Shown here: positions 22,401 to 33,617 of the stretch, piece after piece
Numbering within the stretch: the first letter of the stretch is position 1
How the letters are laid out: the number at the start of each line of letters is the position of its first letter
From: Lama guanicoe
Lineage: Eukaryota
Reading direction: 5' to 3'
Assembly: GCA_013239625.1 (NCBI GenBank)
Contig: MU053432.1
Coordinates: 251,940 to 293,333, forward strand
Length of the DNA: 41,394 nucleotides
Made by a program: the position numbers and the translations under genes
The notes under the pieces: model-generated
Databases searched by the model: none
Told to the model about the DNA's origin: nothing
The model's input: only the letters and a program-made list of their open reading frames with translations

Positions 22401-25400
22401 ACTCATTCTATTAACCTGCTTTTTTTGCACTATCATGGGAAGAATGGCTGGATTCTCCCTGAACCTGGAGTGTGTGTGGAGTGGTCTAAACAAAAATACA
22501 GACCATGTGGCACACAAAACAGCTCCTGCTACCAAAGAATTAGGCAGTCATTCTTCAGGAAAAGTTTAGGCACAACCTGTGACAGAACCATTCAGCACCT
22601 GAGCAACTGTGTAGGTATAGCTTGTTCAAAGGAAATAATAGTAGCAATTTATTTAATAGTCATTACTGATTCCTCTGAGCAACAAAGGACTGGTCAGCCA
22701 AACACACATGCATGAGTACATATCCACGTGCACACATACGTTAAAAAAGCTAGAAGGAAATACCTAAAATATTAGCAGTGGTTTTTCAGAGTAGGGATCC
22801 TCTAGAACCATGCTGATATGGTAGCTACTAGACGCAAATGGCTGTTTACGTTCAAATTAAAATTATACGTAAAATTTAATATTCTTTCCTTCAGTGGCAC
22901 TAGTCACATCTCAAGGGCTCAGTAACCAACTACACGTCACTAGTGGCTACCGTATTAGACAACAAAGATACAGAACAATTCCACGGTCATATAAAGTTCT
23001 TTTGGACCCTACTGTTCTAAAAGACTTCTTATGTCCTTCTTTACACTTTTTGCAAATTTATTACAATATGCATAGTAGTAGATTCCTCTTATAAACAGGA
23101 AAAAATGACTAAAAGAAATGAGGTTAACAGAGGAAGCGTTCACTCTAGAGATGCAAGGGAAATGATACTCTGGGGAGGGGGAAGCAGGCGGTCACAAGCG
23201 CTCTGGGAAGAACAGGGAAGGCTAGAAAGAGATGTGGGAATAATAGACATTCCGAGGAAAGGGAAGAAAGGACACAGAAATTCCAACAGGAGGGGTGGGA
23301 AGGAGGCAATTACAGCAAGGCTCTTGTCTCTCCCCACTCACCAGCCATTACAGCTGCTGACCGCTGAGCTGGCTCAAAAGGGCATTTCCCCCGGCCACTC
23401 TCAAGTCTTTCCACCTCCTGGAAACTGGACACATCCTACAGACCAGAAGGGGGCAATTGGTTTAGAGGTCATGGGGAGGTTCATGGTGAGAATTACAAAG
23501 ATGGTCAGATGAAGAACAAACCCAATTCCATTCCCCTCCCTCCTCCCCCCGCTCCCCCACTACCATTCCCATATTCCCAGTCTGCTGATCCGGGCTCCCC
23601 CACCCACAACTTCATTTCCCATCTCTGCCATCCCTCTTTTCAGTTTATTTCTCTTCCCTCAACTCCCGTGGCACCCAACCCCCATGTGCTCTGATGAAGG
23701 CTATACCTACGATTACCCTAGAAGACACTGAGAGGCTGAAAGGCAGATCTTTCCTCTGAAATGCCGAACTGTACAGTCTGCAGATTGCCTGAGGATGTGC
23801 TGCAGGACAAGGAGGACCAGGGGAGAGAGCAGGCCTCCCAAGGGCCAGAGCACTTGGGAAGGGTAAAGAATGTGCTTTATATCATAGGCATTTCTATATA
23901 AAGCACTTCAGATGGGGAGGACCATCTGCAGCTCATGCTTCTAGAGAGAATGGCCACCCTTCCCCTGCTCCCACCCCATGAATAAAAGACAGAAGCAGAA
24001 TCAAAGATACACAGAAGCAAGGAAAAGCATCTGTAAAGTCCATGAAGACCTGAAGGTCAGGTCAGAATTTGAGGCTTTGGCAAGGAAGTGTCTTCCTCAG
24101 TCAGAGACTCCAGAGGTACTGAGGCGGGGGGTGGTGTGAGAGTTCCACCAGAGCCAGCCAGATGTTACCTTTCTTAACTGAGCATCCAGCACTAAAAGAG
24201 GCTTCAAGATAGCATGCAAAAACGAAAATCCAGATTTTTAACCTGGACTGACAGGGAAGTTAATTGTGGCCAGTTAGGGGTCAGAGTTACGGCATGGAAG
24301 TGCCAGGCATGATATTTCCAGTTCACAAACTAGGGTAGGGCACGGTGCTGCTGAGGCCTAACCACTGTGATGGCAGCTGGAGACGAGCAGCAGAGCTCTC
24401 CACCTCCTCGGCACCCTGGCCTGCTCTGACTGCTCTCTACCTGCTGTACTTGGCAAACATGGTTTTGTGTTACTGAAAGAGCCTGGAAGAAGGCCTGTTA
24501 GAATTGGATGTTATCTGAGTCCCCCTCCAAAAGAATACTAGGTCAAGAATCTTCTGGAATGGAGGACCCCACAGAAGCACAATCTCCTCCCCGGTGTGGC
24601 AGTGGGATCACCCCAGCCTAGGGAGAAAGATGGCAGTTCAGTGAGAGATGACCAAGATGTTTGGGCACTCTGGGCATGGCGTATGTCCCACTGCTGACGC
24701 CTGTCTTATCTCTCACCTAAACTACAAGACTCCCACCCAAGGTTAACATTCCTACACTACCGGTCACTGCCTTGGTAAGTGCTCAAGCCAGAGAAAGACG
24801 AAAACGGCTCACTATTGCCTCTTTAGTGCAAACTGCTTATTTTCCAATACCTCAAAAAATGAACTCTTTCTTCTAACCAAACCTGGAATCCTGTTATTCC
24901 TAGAAAACCAAGTACATTTTTCCCATCTCTATGCCTGAAATGACTCCCTCATGTTTCACTTAGGACTTAAAAAGAATGAGCTTTTGCTCAGTTCTCATTC
25001 TCTTCCATCTTCATGCACCATTGGGTACTTTTGATTCACTTCCCTCCTTGCAATATTCTATTTCTTAACTCTCTTGAAATTCTCCCCTCCTGGAGTCCCT
25101 CCTCCTGGCTGTTGTCTCTTTATCTCCTTTGGTTGTTTCTCTTTTCCTTTCTAGCCTCTCACCGTGTGTCCTTACTCCTTTTCACATACACTTTAAAGAT
25201 CTCGTTCATTTTTACATTTCCAGCCAGACTTTCTATGCAGATCATTCCCCAAACTCTCCTAGTCTGATGTCTTCCAAACTTGATTGCTGGACTTCCTCAC
25301 AGAGATGACCTACCAGCCCCTTGAAACTCAGCATGTCAAACAAAGCTCGTCCTCTTCCAGTTTCCCCAAATGGCATCATCGTGTTATTCAGGTTCACAGC

Positions 25401-28400
25401 CTTGGAGTAAGTGAGTCTATTAACTACATAGGCTATGACTACTGTACAGTCAAAGCGATATTTAATTAGGGTCTTAAAGGGGTAAGACCCCTCCATCACA
25501 TTCTCTATCTCAATGTTAAGATTCTTCATTATACAACCATTGCATCAGTCAGCACAGTCCTATCAACACCAGTTGTGGTGAAGTCAAGTCCCTCAAGTTG
25601 AAAGCCAGAGCTATGTAGGAAGGCAGGGTTGGAACCCATCCTTTGAACATGGCCAAGAAGGGTGCAAGGCACATGAAAGACCGTTCCCAAGTGGTTAGGG
25701 GGTTAAAAAAAGAAAAAGATTGTCCCTCTTACATGAAACAGATCAAATGTCACAAGAAATTGAAGCCAGCAAAGGTCTTCTTCTAGATTCCAGGGTAGTG
25801 GAGCAGAGCCAGACACATCTGGGTTTGAATCTTGGCTCTGCCTCTGCCAGCTATACATCTCAGACTTTTACCTAACTTTTCAGAACTTCTGTTTCATGGC
25901 CTGAAAAATGGAAATAAATACTATCATGGTGTATTATCACTATCATAATAAATAAGTATCATGATGTGATTGATAAGAATTAAACTCAACTGTGAATGTA
26001 GAGTATTTACCACCAAGCCTGTGACAGAGTGGACACTCAATTGAATGGCAAGTCTTATTGTTGTTGGTGCTGTAGTTGTAAGTCTAACATTCTTCTGTTA
26101 ACTGCTGGAGCTCCCTCTACAAAATGAGTTAAAAAATTTCCCTCCAGGGTCTGATGCGCTGTCACTGAAGGGCAGTTCTCCACGTTGCTGGAGTTGGTAG
26201 GTCCTATATGCTTGAACTTCCTTTTGGAAGCACCGTTAGTTCTCTGAGCCATCAACTCTGAGCAAGTTGTTGCATCTGGATCAGCTAGTCAAAGGTCTCA
26301 GATAATAGTTACACATCGTCTCAAAAAAAAAAGTTATAGATGGTCTCAGAGTCATTAGTCTGGGACATGAGAGGTTCAGCTCTAAGGATGAGGTAAGGAC
26401 TTGCTCAAGCAGATGGGGATTGCCAGGAGGCAGGATGAGACAGATAAAAACAGAAGAGAGCCTTCAAGAAGTCCAGAGAGCAGTCTTGGGATTTTGAAGG
26501 GCTAACATAGTAGTTAGCTGTGTCCTATATTCTCCTACAAACAAGCCTTGACCAAAGGTTGCTCCTTCATTTCATGAGCCTGCTAGCTAGGAGGGTTCAG
26601 AGAAAGAATTAAAAGTCATACGCGTGCGAGACATAGGCCCCTGGCTTCACTCTCGGTTGCTGATAGTTCTCAAGAATGGAGAGGGGTCCAAGTCACGCCA
26701 ATCCTGACAGGTATGTCCAGGACACTGTCTGTCTAGACACTTATCTAACAGTCGTTAGGGTCCCACCTCAGAGAGCCAAAGAAGAAACAGAAGGCCCTCG
26801 GGAACTAACTTGGAGTAATCGCATTGTCTGTGAACCATGGCTCCGTTATTCGTACCCATGGGCTCCCTGATTCCGTGCACACTGGGAAAAGGGCAAATGT
26901 GGCAATGGCGGTCCCACAGCTACTTTGTGAGCTTCGTGAGACTATGGGAAAACCAGACCCTCAACATTACCTGAACGGACATTGAGATTTTCACCACCAC
27001 CCTGAACTAGGAAACCTCTCCAGGATGAGGGAGCTACCCACATCCCAGTCAGGAGTCTATGAACGGCATTATGAAAATAACTCAACTTGAGCCCAGCTAA
27101 CTCCAAGGACAGCCCAGAGGGACTGACTGAGGCGATCAAGCCTGTACAATTATAGCATTCTAAAACAGAGCTATGAGGGTGATGTTTCACAAAGAGGAAT
27201 TTGGAGGTACACACTGACTAGATCCATGCGGCAAGGATCACTGCAGACTGTAGGTCAAGTCAAGACCCACCACTGAGGCTCAGGGCCAGGAAAGGGAGTT
27301 GCTGGAGCCCCTCCTATTCCTAGCACAAAGGGAGAAAAAGGTGTCTGGTGATACGAAAGACATGTGAGGCTTATGACTCATCCTAGGGCCTGGTCACAAA
27401 TACACGCTGCTGTAGGAACCGTGACTGACTGCTGGATAACTGCTGGGGAAAGCTGAGGGGTCACCAATTCCTGAGATGTCACCAATCCCAGGGACTTTTG
27501 AGGCCATGACTAACCTAGATGTGATTAGGGGTATCCATGTCCCAAGCTTGCCTGGGTGGGGGGCTGGAGACGCCCAGGGCCTTAGCAGCAATGAACAGGA
27601 CCAAGGAGAAAACATGGTTGACAGAGTGCCAACCGTGAAGGCAAGATCCAGAGTATGGGGCCAGCAGGTGCTATATTAGTGAGCAGTGACCTCAAAAGCC
27701 ATGAGAGCAAAGGGTCACAGCCCACACAGGATGGGGCTGACAGTGGGGGTGAGAGGAGGTGGTGAAAGATAGTTACATGACATGGGAGGAAGAAACAGGT
27801 ACGGACTGTGCTGATTAAGAAATGGATGCAGGCTGCCTGGACAAAGCACGGAAAACCTGAGTTACCCGCCCCTGAAGTTTCTCCCAGATTTACCCTCTCC
27901 TCAGCCCAGCTAGTGTCCCACTATGACTCCTTACACTCTGTATACCTCACCTTCTAAGGACAACCTCCCTCCCCGCCCTTTTCACACCCCCCTCAGTGGC
28001 AGACAAAGGCTCTACCCTGTGAGGAAATCCCTCACCCCCAGTGCTCATCACGCACAAGGGCTGCCTTAAGCATGATCCCCGTCACAGTCACTCACAGGAG
28101 ACCCCTCCCAGCCTCCCACCCCTGTCACTCACAATAACCCCGCACTTCGGATCAAAAGCGAAGGTGCCACAAGTGAGGAGGTGAGAAGCATTGGCAATGG
28201 CGAGAATCTGGACAAAATTGTGACATTCGTCCTGAGGGTCAGAGATGGTTAGAGAGAATCAGAAGCAGCAGGTACAAGGAGAGGTGATGTTAGGACAGCT
28301 GATATGCAGCTCGGGGCGTGGTGTTAGAGTCCCTGCCTGGGCCCACGGGGTGGGAGCACGGCAGGGGGACTGATGCAGAGCCAGGTCTGGGCCAAGGCCT

Positions 28401-31400
28401 CAGCTGACACTCAGGACAGGGCTGGGGTTTATACCTACCTCCTTCTTGCCTTTCTTGCTACAGTTCTGTCGGTGGGCCTCAGGCACGATCCAGTCAATCT
28501 AAGGAACAAGGAGTAACCATTTCCCTGCAGGAACTCCCCCAGTTCCTCCCAAGTCAGGGTCAGTGACACTGCTCTACAACCTCCATCAATCTGGGAACTT
28601 CAGAGATACATCCACCCCTTGACCCCAGAGCTTTGTTTTTCAAACTGGAGGTCTCTACCCACTGAGTCATAAAATCAATTGTGAAATGTCAACTAACATT
28701 ACTTTTGATGAAACAGAATACATCAGAGTGTATCACATACAGAAGAGTAAATATTGTTTTGAGAAACTTCTCTTTCAGTACACACTTTGTGTACTGGATC
28801 AAAATGTACCATATATTTCTTACTAACGGAGGGCCAGAAAAACTTGAAAACTGTTGCCCTAGAGTAAAATGATTCTCGTTCATCCTCTGCCCACAGCCAC
28901 CTGAAACCTGGTCACTGTGGCCTCCTCCCCATTATCATGACCCTCCCTCATAGCCTCCCCGGTCACCATGCCCCCCTCCATCACCCTCGGCTAAGATGAT
29001 GAAGTTGAGGACCTACCCTTATTTTCACCAACACTCTGCCTCCTGTCACAACCCCCACCCCCGCCCAACACATCCCATAAAACCATGGATCTAATCACAT
29101 GCTCTGTGATCTGAGGTCCTCCCCACTCTCATCTCTCACCCTGCGGGGTCTCTCCCCTGAAAAGGGCAGAGATAAAGCGAAGATGGTGTCCCGGGCGCCG
29201 ACGTAAAGGGTGTGGGAAGCAGGATCCACGAGGAGGACAGAGTAATTGTATGTCTGGGGGATGGTGAACCGGGTGAGATAGGAGTCAGCCTCTGGCAGGA
29301 AGAGAGAGTCAAAGTGAGGAGTGATATCAGCCGTCACTTCATAAGGGTGGAGTCTGCAAGGGTAAAGCCAAAGTGGTCCGTTTTTGTTTTCTTCCCAGTA
29401 CTATTTATTTAGCAAACTTAAGGGCAAAAACAGAGCCTTGACAGGCCAGCCATTTAACTTCCCCAGAGATACATAACTGATGACATCAGAGGACTTAGCA
29501 CACACAATACAGCTAAGTATGCTTTCTCTATAAAAATAGAGCACTTTATTAAAATAGCAGCATAAATAGTAAGTCTGTAATTTCTATTCATAACAACATG
29601 ATACATAATTTGAAAATACCTATAGAAGGTACAAATACTTTCTAAATTTCCTTTTTTTCAAAAAAAACCACTACTCAGTAGTGACTTCTTTTTACTTAGA
29701 GGGGAAATGTTTCACTCTCTTCACCAACACATTAGGAGACTATCTCCTCTCTCTGCCACCACCCTTTGTCTCAATCCCACCCTTGATCTCACCCCAATTC
29801 CACCCAAAGAGGTGGAGAGGTAGAGTGGGCATGAGTTCCGTGCTTTGGAATCGGGTCAGCCCAAGTTCAACTGTGGCTCTTTCACTTACCAGACGTATGA
29901 TCTTGAGTAAGTTAACTTGCCCTTTCTGAGCATCACTTTCCTCATCAGTAAACACCACCATCCAGGGTTGTTGAGAATTAAGTGAGATAGCATATGTAGA
30001 AGCATCTGACACATACGACATATTTCACAAACGGTTCCTTTCTTCCTTCGTTAAGCATGTGCTCTGTTTGGGCCAAATCTAAACCCATCTCAGCATTCAA
30101 AACTCTTATCTATTTAAGTATTATACAAAAAGAAACAAGCTAGCATGGGGGGAGAGTATCGCTCAAGTGGTAGAGTGCATGCTTAGCATGCATGAGGTCC
30201 CCAGTACCTCCAATGAAAAAGTAAATAAATAAATAAACCTAATTACTTTCCCTCCCTGTAAATAAATAAATAAGTAGGCAAGCAAGCTAGCATAAATTTA
30301 ACTTCTTAGCTCAATCTCTGGCTCTGGAAACCTGAATCAATACAGCTCTGCTCTACCTGCTTCACCTGCTCAGCTGCCCTCAAGACCAGTAGCATGGCCA
30401 GCAGCCGTGCACTTCCTAGATGTGGTGATGTATGGAGCCCCACCAACCCCATCCTCCCAGATCCATAATGTATGGATCTGTACTCTGTCCCATACTTATC
30501 CCACCCAGCTGCCCCACCTTGTCCTATAGACCTTTCCGGATTCCTGGATATCAACCCAGCCTGGCAACCTCAGCTCCATGTTGCGGCTACTGTTTCAGCA
30601 CAAACGGAAACCCAGGCTCTGACTACAACTGTATCTTCTGGATTCATAGCACCCCTATATGTCACTGGCCTGAAGGGACAGAAGTAGTTTAGAAGGCTCT
30701 AAGTTACCCAGTTGTGAGTTTTTGCCAACAGGTTGTACTCTCGGCTTCACTGGTTCCACCTGCCCACAGTGCTAACACTTAATGCCCACTGAGAAAAACA
30801 CCACTTGTGCCCACCTCGGCAAAGAGCCTTTAAAGTGTGAATCACTCCAATAACCACTTTTTACATTGTGGCATCCCCCAGCTTTTTTCACATATTTTGA
30901 AGGGACATCTCCCTCTTCCTTTTTTCCCTTCTGAGGGCTTAAAAAATTGTTTAAACAGAATTTTAAGTCAATTCAATGAATGGTTTTCCAACACTCAGTT
31001 TGGGAATGGATAGAGGGAGCAGGGAACTGAGAAAATCAGGAGGGTTATGGTAGATCCAATCACGGGAGAACCGGAGTTGGTGTCAGAGATGAGAAGACTG
31101 GGGAGTGGGCTAAGGACATTAGGGCTGTGAGCAAGGCAGAAGGCTTGGAGGAGATTAGAACTAATGAATTTGAGAAGTGGGCAGATGGAAATTCTAGGCT
31201 GGTAATAGTAAGGATGGGTGTTTGCAGCTGTATGAAAGACCTATAGGTTTGACAGCAGAGTGGATGTCAGTCTGGCTTGACGGACACAGGTGCATGTGAG
31301 GGATGAGGGGAATAAGGGAGAGGAAACTTCGAAATGGACGACTTCCAGCAACCCCCGTCCTCTCCCTGGGCCTCAGTGTCCGCGTGTGCACGGGGAGGGG

Positions 31401-31840
31401 CTTAACTCTGCTGCGGTTCCGTGAATAATACCGGGCCGCGGGAGCCGCCTGGGCGTGTCGTGGGAACCGAGTCGCGAGGCCCGGGCCGGGTGGAGCAGCA
31501 CCATGTGGGGGTCCCGCCCGCATCCGGGCCGGGCGTGGCCGGCGTGGGCGGCGCGGGACGCCGTGCGCCGAACTGTGAGGATGCGACTGCCCGGACGGGG
31601 AGCGCAGGCAGGTCTGGGTACCTGAAAGCAGGGTCTGGGCGCGGGGCGCAGGGCTAAGGGCGAGGGCGCCCGCGCCTTACCAGAGATAGGAAGCGAGGTC
31701 CTGGGCACCGAGCGGGGCACGCGGCCAGACACCGAGCCGCTCAGCACCGCCAGCAGCAGCAGCAGCAGCAGCAGGAACGGGAAGGGCGTGACCGGGGCCG
31801 GCCCAGGGACCGGGCGTGGCCGCGCGGCAGAGACTGTCAT
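9791..31840 (-). CDS. SEMA4F: Semaphorin-4F, complete spliced CDS (14 exons, 2328 nt, 775 aa): signal peptide, Sema, PSI, Ig-like, TM, cytoplasmic tail ending in PDZ-binding ETSI
   Basis: join(31681..31840,29140..29291,28439..28498,28133..28231,23342..23435,14265..14384,14012..14163,13234..13412,12890..13037,12534..12756,12287..12396,12012..12172,10659..10717,9791..10401). All introns GT-AG, phases consistent, no internal stop. Translation matches recalled SEMA4F ([15 protein letters not shown]..., [13 protein letters not shown], ...LATCDETSI*). Confidence 0.97.
10659..10717 (-). CDS. SEMA4F: SEMA4F exon 13 (59 nt)
   Basis: tag|[19 protein letters not shown]|gtgcgt. Confidence 0.94.
11294..11599 (+). 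mobile_element. L1 3'UTR fragment in SEMA4F intron 12
   Basis: aaacagactcacagacatagaaaac...tactgtatagcacaggg...aataaa plus A-tail; TSD agctggat 11286-11293 / 11600-11607. Confidence 0.87.
12012..12172 (-). CDS. SEMA4F: SEMA4F exon 12 (161 nt, PSI domain)
   Basis: tag|[54 protein letters not shown]|gtgagt. Confidence 0.95.
12287..12396 (-). CDS. SEMA4F: SEMA4F exon 11 (110 nt)
   Basis: tag|[37 protein letters not shown]|gtgagt. Confidence 0.95.
12534..12756 (-). CDS. SEMA4F: SEMA4F exon 10 (223 nt)
   Basis: tag|[32 protein letters not shown]...EYDVLYLGT|gtatgt. Confidence 0.95.
12890..13037 (-). CDS. SEMA4F: SEMA4F exon 9 (148 nt)
   Basis: tag|[49 protein letters not shown]|gtgagg. Confidence 0.95.
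13234..13412 (-). CDS. SEMA4F: SEMA4F exon 8 (179 nt)
   Basis: cag|[25 protein letters not shown]...[11 protein letters not shown]|gtgagg. Confidence 0.95.
13570..13810 (-). mobile_element. MIR SINE (intron 7)
   Basis: gctttacat...tttagtcctcaaaacagccct...cagggacctgaacccacgtctgtctg. Confidence 0.65.
14012..14163 (-). CDS. SEMA4F: SEMA4F exon 7 (152 nt)
   Basis: cag|[51 protein letters not shown]|gtgagg. Confidence 0.95.
14265..14384 (-). CDS. SEMA4F: SEMA4F exon 6 (120 nt)
   Basis: cag|[40 protein letters not shown]|gtgggg. Confidence 0.94.
14770..14942. mobile_element. MER5-type hAT-Charlie DNA transposon remnant
   Basis: aaatgcagattcctgggccc...tcagtagg...cactttgagaaa. Confidence 0.7.
15270..16300. 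mobile_element. LINE-2 remnant
   Basis: gagttcagttgttggacac...ggagatactggaaggca...agagccctgaggcaccaccatttgaagg; other L2-like pieces at ~11610-11780, ~18960-19260, ~24990-25400, ~32280-32570. Confidence 0.6.
16500..16690 (+). mobile_element. MIR SINE (intron 5)
   Basis: cacttactactag...ggcaagttaacc...agttcctcaaatg...gcctggcacatgg. Confidence 0.6.
16744..17280 (+). mobile_element. Solo ERV LTR (ERV1-like) in SEMA4F intron 5, antisense to the gene
   Basis: Ends ...tgcaaCA; G-run on both flanks (probable 4-bp TSD); 3x ctgattgg, 2x atttgcat, TATAAA 17086-17091, AATAAA 17158-17163 in U3-R-U5 order. Confidence 0.8.
19420..20110 (+). mobile_element. Ancient L1 (L1ME-like) fragment
   Basis: aataaacacgtgaaaagctgttcactctcacta...gaaatgcaaatcaaa...ggcccagcaatcctg; similar pieces at ~17880-18130 and ~21250-22400. 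Confidence 0.55.
21386..21490 (-). mobile_element. Very short L1 3' tail
   Basis: ttgaaatatagttgatttacaatgttgtgttagtttctgg; 12-bp TSD ggggaaaatttt 21374-21385 / 21491-21502. Confidence 0.82.
22122..22293 (-). mobile_element. Vic-1-type camelid SINE
   Basis: ggaggaagtactggggattgaacccaggacc...ctacaccctcccc; approximate TSD aaagaatttt. Confidence 0.88.
22800..23020. mobile_element. MER3/MER33-type DNA transposon remnant
   Basis: atatggtagctactag...cactagtcacatctcaagggctcagta...ctagtggctaccgtattagaca. Confidence 0.7.
23342..23435 (-). CDS. SEMA4F: SEMA4F exon 5 (94 nt)
   Basis: tag|[32 protein letters not shown]|gtgagt; semaphorin GRGKCPF motif. Confidence 0.95.
25790..26050 (+). mobile_element. 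MIR SINE (intron 4)
   Basis: ctgggtttgaatcttggctctgcc...tttcatggcctgaaaaatgg. Confidence 0.65.
28133..28231 (-). CDS. SEMA4F: SEMA4F exon 4 (99 nt)
   Basis: cag|[33 protein letters not shown]|gtgagt; Sema-domain CGT-AF-P-C motif. Confidence 0.95.
28439..28498 (-). CDS. SEMA4F: SEMA4F exon 3 (60 nt)
   Basis: tag|[20 protein letters not shown]|gtaggt; translated by hand, not in ORF track. Confidence 0.95.
28627..28864. mobile_element. hAT-Charlie-type MITE remnant in intron 2
   Basis: Inverted ends ttttcaaact... / ...acttgaaaactgttgccctag. Confidence 0.5.
29140..29291 (-). CDS. SEMA4F: SEMA4F exon 2 (152 nt)
   Basis: cag|AG GCT GAC... [51 protein letters not shown]|gtgaga. Confidence 0.95.
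29820..30040 (+). mobile_element. MIR SINE (intron 1)
   Basis: gctttggaatc...cacttaccagacgtatgatcttgagtaagtta...tttcctcatcagtaaa...gagaattaagtgagata. Confidence 0.7.
30147..30279 (+). mobile_element. Vic-1-type camelid SINE lacking the B box
   Basis: gggagagtatcgctcaagtggtagag...gaggtccccagtacctcc; TSD caagctagcat 30136-30146 / 30283-30293. Confidence 0.88.
31681..31840 (-). CDS. SEMA4F: SEMA4F exon 1 coding part (signal peptide)
   Basis: ATG at 31840 (gcaaagATGa, A at -3); [23 protein letters not shown]8[23 protein letters not shown]; donor gtaagg at 31680. Confidence 0.93.
31751..31774 (-). repeat. (CTG)8 coding trinucleotide repeat encoding Leu8 of the signal peptide
   Basis: Eight perfect CAG units on the plus strand. 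Confidence 0.95.
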
Positions 31841-32721
31841 CTTTGCCACCGCCTGGCCGCCGGGGTGTGGCGAGCCCGGTAGACTCCGCTCAGAGCCGCG
31901 GCGCCGCCAGCCTCGGCCCCACTCGGCTCGCCTCGGTGCGGTTCGGCTTGCGGCTGCCGGACCGAACGCAACCCGTCACCGCCCCTTCAAGAAAGTACCA
32001 ATGAGCTGGACGATTTTCTCCTCCAACCAATAGGGTCGTGTGGAGGCGGGACTAAAGAGAGAAGTCCAACCCAGATAGAGGCGGAGCTAGACCCAGGTGT
32101 AGGTGGGGGTTCTAGCTCCTTAACTGGGCTGGCTATGTCGCTCCAGGACCCTGAGTGGCGGGTTTGCAAAGACTACTCCAAAACTCCAATTTCCGTATCT
32201 GTTCTAATAGGGAAAATATGTGAGTAAATGGGTACACGCACCAAGTTTCTCAAAATTATTGCTTTTGCAAGCATTTAATGAAGGCTTTCTATGTGACAAT
32301 CACAAAGCGAAACACACAAGAACAAAATACAATACAGTGATATAAAAAAAAAATCATGGTCCTTGGCTTTAGGGAGCTCATAGTGAAATAAGACAGATAC
32401 ATAAACAAATAACTGCAAACAGATAATTGCAATACAAAGTGATTCATATTTACTATAATAATGTGCAATTAATGCTCAGCAGGGATAAGTTTTGCCTGGA
32501 AAAATCAAGGTTTCACAGAAGTGACATCTGAATTAAGTGTTAAAGAATAAGTTGGACTTTGAGGGTGAAAGGTAAAAAACCGCCAATGAACATGTCCACT
32601 TGGATATACTGCAGACAAGACAAACACAGGGCCTGAGCATAATTTGCTATTTCTCCCTTCCCAACCTTTGCTCCTCCTTCAAGCCTTGGAGGTAATCTTT
32701 GCTTTCCCCTCTTTCATCCCC

Positions 32722-33617
32722 TGTTATATTAGTTATCTAGGCTGCATAACAAGTAACAAATTATTACAGCATAATGTAGTAGCTTAAAACACCAATAACA
32801 TTTACTATTGTAACTGAGCAGGACCCTATGGGGCCTTCCCAGAACAGACCTCCCACCCCCGTCCTCTGCCAGCCTCTTGTTTGTAGAAAAACTTTAGCCT
32901 CCTAGGCCTTCCCTGAGTTCCAAAGAATACATTTAATCAGAGAAGTGAGAAAATGCAGAAAGAAAGGAAAATAGTCAAGCAAGACAAAATAGTAACAGTT
33001 TAGCCATTAAATGAAGGACGTTTAGTTCTTCCTCAAGGGCTACAGATAATATTCTGAGCCACATCTTTTGATCTGTTTTGCAAAGACTGAAACTCCCCCC
33101 AGGTGGAAGAAGTTAACTGTAGACCCCACATGAGTTGGAACCAGAATGTTGATAATGTTGACCCTCACGGTTTCCCTTTGTTAGCAATTCAGGAATAGCT
33201 TAACTGGGTAGTCTGGCTCCATCTCTCTTGAGATTACAGCCAAGTTATTGCATGGGGCTACAACCATCTGAAAGCTTAACTGGGGCTGGAGGATCCACTT
33301 CAAGGATGCCTTACTTCCATGACTGGCAAACTGATGGTGTCTGTTGGCAGTCAGTTTCTGTTCCTCTTTACCGGGACCTCTCCATGGGGCTGCCTGAATA
33401 TCCTCGCATCACGCAGTGGCTTCCTCAGAGCAAATGATTCAAAGGAGCAAAATGAAAGTCACAATGCTTTTTATAATCTAGTCTGAGACATAACATGCAA
33501 TCACTTCTGCCCTATTCTGTTGGTTACACAGGCCAACCCTGATGCACTGTAGGAAGGCGCTACACAAGGGTGTAATACAGCGATCTGGGGGACGCATCTT
33601 GGAAGCTGCCTACCACA
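32722..33617 (-). mobile_element. MaLR (MLT1-type) LTR, split by an inserted ERV LTR
   Basis: MLT1-like ends (tgttatattagttatc...gctgcataaca; ...ggaagctgcctaccaca) and internal actggggctggaggatccacttcaag. Confidence 0.75.
32809..33163 (+). mobile_element. ERV1-type LTR fragment (3'-deleted) inserted in the MLT1
   Basis: Begins TGTAACTGAGCAGGACCCTATGGGGCCTTCC, resembling recalled cetartiodactyl LTRs; MLT resumes at ctcacgg 33164; no terminal CA or TSD seen. Confidence 0.6.

Larger units (their letters stand above)
31330..32170 (-). promoter_or_regulatory. SEMA4F: SEMA4F CpG island and TATA-less promoter
   Basis: CpG-dense ~31330-32000 covering exon 1; CCAAT at 31998-32002 and 32027-32031; GC boxes ggaggcgggac 32042-32052 and gaggcggagc 32078-32087. 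Confidence 0.8.

Noticed and set aside
31841..31849. ORF-track start at 31849 for SEMA4F
   Set aside because: It is a GTG; the in-frame ATG at 31840 has A at -3 and matches the recalled N-terminus
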